Position numbers and translations under genes: made by a program
In this document: positions 1 to 7,285 of the stretch, one piece after another
How positions within the stretch are numbered: the first letter of the stretch is position 1
Layout: each line of letters starts with the position of its first letter
Notes under the pieces: model-generated
What the model was told of the DNA's origin: nothing
What the model saw: the letters and a program-made list of their open reading frames with translations, nothing else
Databases searched by the model: none
From: Fibrobacteria bacterium
GTDB lineage: Bacteria; Fibrobacterota; Chitinivibrionia; Chitinivibrionales; FEN-1185
DNA: 19,303 nt
Reading direction: 5' to 3'
NCBI GenBank assembly: GCA_037447435.1
Contig: JBBIGR010000010.1
Location: 115,961 to 135,263 of the forward strand

Positions 1-529
1 GGGTGTCGATAATGATTTTTTCGCCGATATAGCAATATAGTGGAACTTGCATTTCGAATCCGGTATCTATTTTAGCGGCTTTCAAAACTTTTCCACTTGT
101 ATCGCCTTTGATGGCAGGTTCCGTATAAACGATTTCGGCAACAACATTAATAGGTAATTCTACGCCTACTGCCCGTCCTTGGTGGACAACGACATCAATT
201 ACCATTTGTTCTTGCAAGAAATTCAAAGCATCCCCGAGATCATCTTTGGTCAATTCCATTTGCTCGTAATTCTCTTGGTCCATAAAAGTATAATAACCGT
301 CGTTACCGTAAAGGTATTGCATTTTTTTACGTTCCAAAACGACATCGTCGAATTTGTCATTGGCTTTGTATACTGATTCAGCACTCGAACCGGTACGAAG
401 GTTTTTCAGCTTCATTTTAACCATCGATGCGTTACGAGCACCTTTGTTATAGCTGAATTTTTGGACTAAATACAGCTCATCACCGACTTTGACCGTATTT
501 CCTGCCCTAAGGTCTTGAGCTTCTCTCAC
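1..529 (-). CDS. efp: Translation elongation factor P, EarP-type (Arg32); 3' end runs off the window
   Basis: Translated by hand from GTG at 529: [47 protein letters not shown]...MQYLY...FMDQENYEQ...VELP...[31 protein letters not shown]...IIIDT. These are typical EF-P motifs. Arg32 is CGT at 436-434. SD GGAGG at 542-538. Lies directly downstream of earP. Confidence 0.97.
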   Translation of the reverse strand, partial: MREAQDLRAGNTVKVGDELYLVQKFSYNKGARNASMVKMKLKNLRTGSSAESVYKANDKFDDVVLERKKMQYLYGNDGYYTFMDQENYEQMELTKDDLGDALNFLQEQMVIDVVVHQGRAVGVELPINVVAEIVYTEPAIKGDTSGKVLKAAKIDTGFEMQVPLYCYIGEKIIIDT

Positions 530-559
530 GTTACTATCCTCCGTTTACTTGTGCGAATC

Positions 560-1735
560 TTATGATCGAATAAGAAAGTCGCTGATTTTGTCGATTAAAC
601 TACAATTGCGCGTCATAAAATAACTCATTGCCCCGGTTGAGTGAGCAATTTTATTTAAATTTGAAAAAAAATGATCATATACTTCTTCCGTTGAGACTTC
701 TTCAATGCCATTTGAGTCATTAAATCGACGCAGTATCGTACTGTATTGTTCAAATACGGTCATGTCGGAGAAATAGTGCCTAAAGATTTGAAGAAAAGCG
801 TTTACTTTAACTTGATGATATTTTTCCTCTTGAACATATGCGCTCCATAAAAAGGGCTTTTCGGCAAAAATCGCTCGAACAAGGGAATCTTCGCCCCGCA
901 CAAAATTCGCATCGCACACGTACAAAAATTTATCATATTCGTTTTGCGGTAAAAAGGGCATGAACACAATTGAACAATTATCGAGTTTATAGCATCCGAA
1001 ACTTGTTTGAATTGCGTTGAGACGTATTAAAGTCCGTTGCATTCCGTGTTGGGACTTTTCGCCGAAAACATAGAGAATAATTTCCCTATCCGAAAAGCGG
1101 GTGTAGCGAAGCAGATTGTCGAAGCCTCGCGAATAAGTAAACACCGAAACAAGGAGTTTGTTTTCAAGGGATTCAAGGGAAAACCCTGCCTTTTTTGAAA
1201 TGTAATTAACAAAAGAGATCCTGGTGTTGTTTAAAATCGGTTTTGAGGCTTCAAATTCCAGGTCTACTATTACCCCGCCCGTATTTCGGGTAAATCCGGG
1301 CATAAAAAAGACTTTTTTGACAAGGGCGTTTCCAACCAATGATTGTTTTAAATGATAGCTTTCGACCCAGTCTTCGGCCGACAAATATTCAAGGTTAATC
1401 CAGAGTTTACAATTGTGTAAAAAAGTTTCGGTATAGAGAGAGGGAATATCGCATCCGAATGCTTCGATGACGATATCGGGGCTCGAAAACAAAGACATGC
1501 TTTCCGGAGTCAATGCGTGTGTGTTTATATAGGATGTTTTGCCGATTGTTATAGCAATGTCGAATTGCGGTATATGCGGGGCTATAGCGTGAAGCGATTC
1601 TATATTGTCGCAAAACAGGCGGATAAAACACTGTGGGTGCTTCCGGGAGAATTCTTTGACAAAACGATAAACAACGCCGATGTCGCCGAAATTATCGATG
1701 ACATGACAAAAAATATCCACCTGTGAAAAAAACAT
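560..1735 (-). CDS. earP: EF-P arginine rhamnosyltransferase EarP
   Basis: Family motifs DIFCHVIDNFGDIGV, EAFGC, WINLEYLSAEDWV, FFMPGF, NFVRGEDSLVRA and KPFLW; adjacent to an Arg32 efp. Confidence 0.96.
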   Translation of the reverse strand: MFFSQVDIFCHVIDNFGDIGVVYRFVKEFSRKHPQCFIRLFCDNIESLHAIAPHIPQFDIAITIGKTSYINTHALTPESMSLFSSPDIVIEAFGCDIPSLYTETFLHNCKLWINLEYLSAEDWVESYHLKQSLVGNALVKKVFFMPGFTRNTGGVIVDLEFEASKPILNNTRISFVNYISKKAGFSLESLENKLLVSVFTYSRGFDNLLRYTRFSDREIILYVFGEKSQHGMQRTLIRLNAIQTSFGCYKLDNCSIVFMPFLPQNEYDKFLYVCDANFVRGEDSLVRAIFAEKPFLWSAYVQEEKYHQVKVNAFLQIFRHYFSDMTVFEQYSTILRRFNDSNGIEEVSTEEVYDHFFSNLNKIAHSTGAMSYFMTRNCSLIDKISDFLIRS

Positions 1736-1745
1736 GTTCTTTCCG

Positions 1746-2534
1746 TTATAAAACGAGTCGTTTTTTTAATCGTGAAATCGCAAAACTTGCGGATAGTACG
1801 CAGAATGCGGCGATAAAAAGAAAGTCCCAAACCATGGTAACGGAAAAACTCCACAAATCGATACCCCTGCACAGTCTGACGACGTGGGTGAGGGGGAAAA
1901 ATTCGGCAACCGGTTGCAATGCTTTTGGAAGATTTTGTATAGGAAAAACGACCCCGGAAAAGAAAAACATAGGAGATAAAAAACCGGTAAAATAAAAGTT
2001 GAAATGGTTGATGTTCGAAACAAATGAAGTGATGAACAATGAGAGCGACGCAAACATGACTCCGGCCATGAACCCGATTATGCATGCGCAAAAACTTGCG
2101 GGCATCGGCACAAGGCCGAATAACGCCACAATGCAAACCACGGCTAAAGAAAAAAACATTCCCTTGGTTCCGCACCAAAGGATTTCACCGATGAATAAAT
2201 CGCGCACCAAAAGTGGGGCGGTTAACATGCCTTCATAGGTTTTATCGAATTCAAGGCGGATAAAGGTGCCATATGAACATTCGAACGATGAAGTGAACAT
2301 TGCAGCAGTCATCGGCAAACCGGTGGCAAGAAATGTAAGGTACGACATCCCTTGCATTCGCGGTAAATACGTGCCCATGCCGAGGCCGATTCCTGCAAGA
2401 AAAATGAGAGGCTCTAAAAAGGCCGGCAACCCATTTGAGATAAGACTCTTAGTGTAAACCCGAAAATGGCGATACCAAACACTGGACAGACGGATTAAAA
2501 AGACGGGATAGGGCTGGCTGTTATTGTTGCGCAT
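1746..2534 (-). CDS. ABC-2 type exporter permease, NodJ-like
   Basis: 262 aa with about six hydrophobic segments; motifs LEPLIFL, SYLTFLATG, ECSYGTFIR, MLTAPL, GEILW, FFFSGVVFPIQNLP, PLTHVV. Start overlaps the end of the ATPase gene by 14 nt. Confidence 0.9.
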   Translation of the reverse strand: MRNNNSQPYPVFLIRLSSVWYRHFRVYTKSLISNGLPAFLEPLIFLAGIGLGMGTYLPRMQGMSYLTFLATGLPMTAAMFTSSFECSYGTFIRLEFDKTYEGMLTAPLLVRDLFIGEILWCGTKGMFFSLAVVCIVALFGLVPMPASFCACIIGFMAGVMFASLSLFITSFVSNINHFNFYFTGFLSPMFFFSGVVFPIQNLPKALQPVAEFFPLTHVVRLCRGIDLWSFSVTMVWDFLFIAAFCVLSASFAISRLKKRLVL

Positions 2535-3447
2535 TGAGTTGACTCCCCGTAGTTTTTAAAAACAAATCCTCCAAATTCGATTGCCGTAAGAAAAATTCTC
2601 CCGGTTTTAACACGCGCACAACGTCACGCAACATGGTTTCATCTTTACTGTAAACACGGATGCTGTCTCCAGTCGTTTCATGCCTTGCGTTTTGGGAACC
2701 GAGCATGCTGAACACCGAATCGTACGCTTCTTTTTTATAAAATTCGAGCACAAAAGGTTCGATATGGTCTGCGACGAGACGTTGCGGATTTCCCTCGATG
2801 ATTCGATTGCCTTTATTCATTATCATAATGGTATCGCAGATCTGAAATGCCTCTTCCATATAGTGGGTTGTTACCATTATGGTAAGTCCCGAACGCTTTA
2901 AATTTCGGAGTTTTTCCCAAATCAAATGCCTGACCTGCGGATCGAGCCCGGTGGTTGGTTCGTCGAGAATAAGCAATTTCGGGTTGTTCAAAAGCGCGCG
3001 TGCTATGAGAAGTCTCTGTTTCATACCTCCCGATAATTCGCGTATTTTTGCTTTGTGTTTGTCCGCGATTTCCATGAAATCAAGAAGTTCATCTATTCTT
3101 TTTTTTGCCTGGATTTTCGGAATATTATAAAAACGCGCAAATATATTGAGATTTTGTTCCACGTTCAATTCATCATCAAGGTTGTTTTCCTGGGGAACAA
3201 CACCGGAAATCGCCTTTATTGCAAGACTGTTTTTTTGAGGATCGAATCCAAAAACCGAAATCGAAGCGTTAGAATCGTGGTCCCTGTTACAAACACCGTA
3301 CAGCATTCGCAATAAAGTCGATTTTCCCGCACCATTTGGCCCTAAAAGTCCAAAACACAGGGCTTTGGGCACGGAAAAACTTATGCCTTGAACCGCTTTG
3401 ATTTTATCAAACGATTTTGAAACATTTGTAACATCAATGACCGACAT
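2521..3447 (-). CDS. ABC exporter ATP-binding subunit, NodI/DrrA-like
   Basis: Walker A GPNGAGKST, signature LSGGMKQR, Walker B LLILDEPTTGLDP, TTHYMEEA, C-terminal NLEDLFLKTTG. Start moved from 3456 to ATG 3447 because GGAG (3459-3456) lies 8 nt upstream of it. Confidence 0.93.
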   Translation of the reverse strand: MSVIDVTNVSKSFDKIKAVQGISFSVPKALCFGLLGPNGAGKSTLLRMLYGVCNRDHDSNASISVFGFDPQKNSLAIKAISGVVPQENNLDDELNVEQNLNIFARFYNIPKIQAKKRIDELLDFMEIADKHKAKIRELSGGMKQRLLIARALLNNPKLLILDEPTTGLDPQVRHLIWEKLRNLKRSGLTIMVTTHYMEEAFQICDTIMIMNKGNRIIEGNPQRLVADHIEPFVLEFYKKEAYDSVFSMLGSQNARHETTGDSIRVYSKDETMLRDVVRVLKPGEFFLRQSNLEDLFLKTTGSQLNAQQ

Positions 3448-3475
3448 TATAAACACTCCGATAGGAAAAGAAATT

Positions 3476-3520
3476 AAAATACTCTGTGGTTTGCTTTTTT
3501 ATACAAGAAAGGTCTATTTT
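3476..3520. promoter_or_regulatory. Candidate overlapping divergent sigma70-like promoters for the ABC/earP/efp unit and gloB
   Basis: Plus strand: TTGCTT (3491-3496), 18 nt, TATTTT (3515-3520). Minus strand: TTGTAT (3506-3501), 19 nt, TATTTT (3481-3476). Motif match only. Confidence 0.3.
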
Positions 3521-3600
3521 TTGTCGTTTATCCCCGTAATCCTTTTATGGCGTTTGGGGGAACATGAAAGGGTGTTCATACGCAAATTACAATAGCAATA

Positions 3601-4335
3601 ATGCCCATGATGGCCGATAATTACGCATGGATTTTGCACGACCGTGAAAGCGCGGCGGTCGTTGATCCCGGCGAAGGGGGGCCGGTATTGCGTTATTTGC
3701 AAAAAGAGAAATTAAAACTGTCCACGATTCTTGTTACCCATCATCATGCCGACCATTGCGCCGGCGTTGCCCAATTGTTATCGCAATTCCGCTGTTCAGT
3801 CATCGGAGCGCTTGACAGCAGAATGACCTTTGTAAATGAGCCGGTTTCCGACGGCGACGAATTGACCGTGCTCGCGGAGACGGTGCATTGCATTGCCACA
3901 CCCGGACATACGAAAACCCATATGGTATACCACCTTCCGGCATTGCGGGCTCTTTTTACCGGTGACACGCTCTTTGCCGGCGGTTGCGGCAGACTATTCG
4001 AAGGTACGAGCGAAGAAATGATGCAGTCATTAATCAAGCTTGCATACATGGAAGACAATACGCAAGTTTATTGCGGTCACGAATACACCGAAGAGAATCT
4101 GCTCTTTGCAACAACCATCGATTCGGAAAACAAGGCGATGTGGGAGAGGCTTGCCGAGGTCAAATATATGCAACGCCGCGGAATGCCGACAATTCCGTCG
4201 ACTATTTCCTTGGAGCGCGATACTAATCCCTTTTTACGGGCCGGCGATATGGCAATACGAAAAAAGCTCGGTATGGAAAACTCTTCGGCACTTGATGTTT
4301 TTACCGAAATAAGAAAAAGAAAAGATCGATTTTAG
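3601..4335 (+). CDS. gloB: Hydroxyacylglutathione hydrolase (glyoxalase II), metallo-beta-lactamase fold
   Basis: DNYAW, VVDPG, THHHADH metal motif, TPGHT, LFTGDTLFAGGCGRLFEG, YCGHEYT, PSTISLERDTNPFLR, RKRKDRF. The true start may be upstream at 3580 (see findings). Confidence 0.95.
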   Translation: MPMMADNYAWILHDRESAAVVDPGEGGPVLRYLQKEKLKLSTILVTHHHADHCAGVAQLLSQFRCSVIGALDSRMTFVNEPVSDGDELTVLAETVHCIATPGHTKTHMVYHLPALRALFTGDTLFAGGCGRLFEGTSEEMMQSLIKLAYMEDNTQVYCGHEYTEENLLFATTIDSENKAMWERLAEVKYMQRRGMPTIPSTISLERDTNPFLRAGDMAIRKKLGMENSSALDVFTEIRKRKDRF

Positions 4336-4359
4336 GGATTTAAGCACATGCAGTTTAGC

Positions 4360-4407
4360 ATACCGCCCTGCATTAATTTACCAAAATGGATTAAAGCAGT
4401 GCGGTAT
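4360..4407. terminator. Long imperfect hairpin between convergent gloB and helicase genes; probable bidirectional terminator
   Basis: ATACCGC-c-CTGC-a-TTAAT (4360-4377) pairs with ATTAA-a-GCAG-t-GCGGTAT (4390-4407). Confidence 0.6.
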
Positions 4408-4418
4408 TTATTCGATTG

Positions 4419-5861
4419 TTATTTATAAAATTTCTTTTTTGAGCCGTTTCCGTGGCCGCGTTCAAAACGATTATGGAATTGTTTGGGCCCGTTTCCATAT
4501 CCTTGACCTCGTCTCTCACGAGGTTTATCCGAATTTTTTTGAACAAACGCCGGCGAATGAGGTGCCGGAGGAGGAATCGGCGCATGAATTTTTAATAATG
4601 CCGCCGCCACATCCATTGCCGAATGCCCTGCCGAACAAAGTGTTTCAATCATTTCGATATACGGTGTTAAATGGCCTTTTTCAATGATGAGGCGTATTTC
4701 TTCGGATAGCTTGGCGTTCAAACTTTCACGGGCATCCTGAGGGGTTGGCGTGCGTTCACGGCGTATCGTGACGCGTGCATAACGTTCTATGCTTTTGAGT
4801 TTATAAATTTCCCTGCCGCATACAAACGAAACCGACTTCCCGGATTTGCCCGCTCTGCCGGTTCTCCCGATACGATGGACGTAATCTTCTTCGTCCTGGG
4901 GCAAATCGTAATTGATGACCACTTCGACATCATCGACGTCGATACCCCGTGCAGCTACGTCCGTCGCGACGAGCAGTTGGACTCGTCCGGTGCGAAAGGA
5001 ACTCATGACCCGGTCGCGCATTCCTTGTTTCAAATCTCCATGTAAAGCATCCGCAGTATATCCGCGCGTTGTGAGTTGGGTTACAAGTTCATCGACCTGC
5101 CATTTCGTATTGCAGAACACGATACCTTTTTTCACCGTCGAAATATCGAGCAGCCGGCAAAGAATTTCCGTTTTCTGTCTGTAATCTATATCGAAATAAC
5201 ATTGATCGGTTGTTGCAACAGTCAATGTCTTGCTGCCGATCGTAATGTTTTTCGGCGCAACCATGTATTTGCGAATCATGGTGCGGATTTCATTGGGAAG
5301 GGTAGCGGAAAAAAATGCCATTTGCGGCTTATTGGGGACCGATTCGAGAATCAAATTAATATCGTCGCAAAAACCCATGTCCAGCATCTCATCTGCTTCG
5401 TCAAGAACAACGGTCGATACCGAATTGAGCGAAAGCGTTTTGCGTTCCAAATGGTCTATGAGCCGTCCGGGAGTGCCGATAACGACATGAACGCCGTGAC
5501 GAAGCCCCTCAATTTGACGGTCAATCGGTTGGCCTCCGTAAATGGCCAAAACGCGAAGGCCTTTTTTATGGCGCATGAGTTTCGAACATTCATTGGCTAC
5601 CTGTACCGCCAACTCGCGGGTAGGGCATACTACCAGTCCTTGCGGACTATTAAATTTGGGATTGATTTTTTCAATGATTGGAATGATAAAGGCCGCGGTT
5701 TTGCCGCTGCCGGTTTCCGATTGCGCAACGACATCGTCGCCTTCGAGTAATGCGGGGATGGCGCCCGATTGAATTTGGGTGGCTTTTTCAAAACCCATAT
5801 CGGTTACCGCATGAAGTACTTCTGCAGAAAGCTTGAGCTCATTAAACAACAGTGTGGACAT
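4419..5861 (-). CDS. DEAD-box ATP-dependent RNA helicase (DeaD/CshA-like)
   Basis: Q motif GFEKATQIQ, SETGSGKT, PTRELA, GG, TPGR, DEAD, SAT, ARGID, HRIGRTGRAG; basic Gly/Arg-rich tail. SD AAGGA upstream. Confidence 0.96.
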   Translation of the reverse strand: MSTLLFNELKLSAEVLHAVTDMGFEKATQIQSGAIPALLEGDDVVAQSETGSGKTAAFIIPIIEKINPKFNSPQGLVVCPTRELAVQVANECSKLMRHKKGLRVLAIYGGQPIDRQIEGLRHGVHVVIGTPGRLIDHLERKTLSLNSVSTVVLDEADEMLDMGFCDDINLILESVPNKPQMAFFSATLPNEIRTMIRKYMVAPKNITIGSKTLTVATTDQCYFDIDYRQKTEILCRLLDISTVKKGIVFCNTKWQVDELVTQLTTRGYTADALHGDLKQGMRDRVMSSFRTGRVQLLVATDVAARGIDVDDVEVVINYDLPQDEEDYVHRIGRTGRAGKSGKSVSFVCGREIYKLKSIERYARVTIRRERTPTPQDARESLNAKLSEEIRLIIEKGHLTPYIEMIETLCSAGHSAMDVAAALLKIHAPIPPPAPHSPAFVQKNSDKPRERRGQGYGNGPKQFHNRFERGHGNGSKKKFYK

Positions 5862-5972
5862 GTACTAAATCCTTGCTTTTTTGTAACAGTAAAACGCGAA
5901 AAATCGAGGGACCATTGTGTTTGTAGGAGAAAATCCCGGAATGTTGCGAAAAACTGCGGTTGGTTCTGTATA

Positions 5973-6002
5973 AATATAATTCCGGCAGCATCGAATTATG
6001 AA
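5973..6002 (-). promoter_or_regulatory. Candidate promoter for the DEAD-box helicase
   Basis: TTCATA (6002-5997), 18 nt, TATATT (5978-5973) on the minus strand; would give a leader of about 105 nt. Confidence 0.3.
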
Positions 6003-6056
6003 AAAACCGCGATGAATGCCTTTTTATTCACCCAAGGCGCAATCTATTTATTAAAT

Positions 6057-7268
6057 ATGAAAAAATCAGGAACTGCGGATTTACCCTTACATGGCGGCCA
6101 TGTCCCCGAATGGCTTCATAATCGCATGACCGGTATCGGACGTGAAATTATGCGTGCGATGATTTTTGAGTATGGGCCAAGTGAAGTATTATCCCGATTG
6201 TCCGATCCTTTTTGGTTTCAGGCTTTAGGGTGTGTCATGGGAATGGATTGGCATTCTTCCGGCATCACCACCTCGGTTATGGGAGCTCTAAAACGGGCGA
6301 TAAATCCTCTTTATAAAGACCTCGGACTTTACATTTGCGGTGGGAGGGGAAAACATTCACTTAAAACTCCTGAGGAATTAATTGACTTTTCTAATAAAAC
6401 AGGCCTTAACGGAAACATGCTCGTGCGCGCGTCGAAACTGAGTGCAAAGGTGGACAATACGTGTGTTCTGGACGGTTTTAATTTGTACCTTCATTGTTTT
6501 GTCGTTTCGAAAACAGGGGATTGGGCGGTAATACAACAGGGAATGAATACCGCGGAAAAAATGGCGCGTCGGTATCATTGGCATAGTAAAAATGTCCGAT
6601 CGTTTGTCGATGATCCGCATTCGGCGGTGATTGGGGAAAATGTCGGAGACATAATTAATTTGAGTGATTCCCGGGCTCAAAGGAATCGAACCGGTATCGT
6701 TGAATTTTTGTCGCAACATCCCGATATGCAGAAAAAAGAAATGCGCATGCTTGTCATGGATCGTCCGCACGAGCTAAAACCCCAACACGTGGATTCGAAA
6801 CGACTTGGTGCGGTTTTAGCGCTTGCGTATGAAAAACAATATAAGGATTTTGTCGATGCATTACTATTGCCCGGAGTCGGACCGCGAACCGTGCAATCCC
6901 TGGCCCTTGTCAGCGAAATCATATACGGAGCGCCAAACCGTTTCTCCGATCCTGCGCGGTTTGCTTTTGCGCATGGAGGTAAAGACGGACATCCGTTTCC
7001 CGTCCCTTTGAATGTATACGATGAAAGCATTTCCGTGCTTCGTACCGCAGTCGACAAAGCGCGAATAGATCCGTCCGATAAAATGCGGAGCATAAAGGCC
7101 TTGAGCAGGTTGTCAAATGCCATCGAAGCGCATCATGATCCGTTTGCAGATGTAGACAAAGTAATCTATCATGAACGTTCTCATTCTCATGAATATGGGG
7201 GCATGACGGTATTTTGCAAGGCAAAACCCCGTCCAAACGTGCAACAAATGTCTTTGTTCGAAAAATAA
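6057..7268 (+). CDS. DUF763-family protein with helix-hairpin-helix motif
   Basis: Recognised family pattern: GTADLPLHGGHVPEWL, RLSDPFWFQALGCVMGMDWHSSGITT, GGRGK, AKVDN, QQGMN, ARRYHW, DPARFAFAHGGKDGHPFPV. Start set at ATG 6057 (MKKSGTADLPLH); the extension to 5769 overlaps the helicase and is not family-like. Confidence 0.88.
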   Translation: MKKSGTADLPLHGGHVPEWLHNRMTGIGREIMRAMIFEYGPSEVLSRLSDPFWFQALGCVMGMDWHSSGITTSVMGALKRAINPLYKDLGLYICGGRGKHSLKTPEELIDFSNKTGLNGNMLVRASKLSAKVDNTCVLDGFNLYLHCFVVSKTGDWAVIQQGMNTAEKMARRYHWHSKNVRSFVDDPHSAVIGENVGDIINLSDSRAQRNRTGIVEFLSQHPDMQKKEMRMLVMDRPHELKPQHVDSKRLGAVLALAYEKQYKDFVDALLLPGVGPRTVQSLALVSEIIYGAPNRFSDPARFAFAHGGKDGHPFPVPLNVYDESISVLRTAVDKARIDPSDKMRSIKALSRLSNAIEAHHDPFADVDKVIYHERSHSHEYGGMTVFCKAKPRPNVQQMSLFEK

Positions 7269-7285
7269 AATAAAAGGAAAACCGT

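Noticed and set aside
179..376. 65-aa plus-strand ORF
   Set aside because: Antisense to efp, which is the real gene here.
1600..2178. 192-aa alternative-frame ORF bridging the permease and earP
   Set aside because: Overlaps two confident genes out of frame, has no motif, and there is no sign of programmed frameshifting.
1746..3447. Nodulation (Nod factor export) function for the NodIJ-like pair
   Set aside because: No nodABC or nod box in the window; this ABC-2 subfamily is widespread in non-symbionts, so no gene symbols were assigned.
5076..5750. 224-aa plus-strand ORF, and similar antisense ORFs at 15480-16076, 14613-15101, 7433-7915 and 6919-7410
   Set aside because: Antisense shadows of well-conserved genes with no recognisable motifs.
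5769..6056. 96-aa N-terminal extension of the DUF763 ORF
   Set aside because: Overlaps the helicase start and its promoter region on the other strand; family-like sequence begins at MKKSGTADLPLH (6057).
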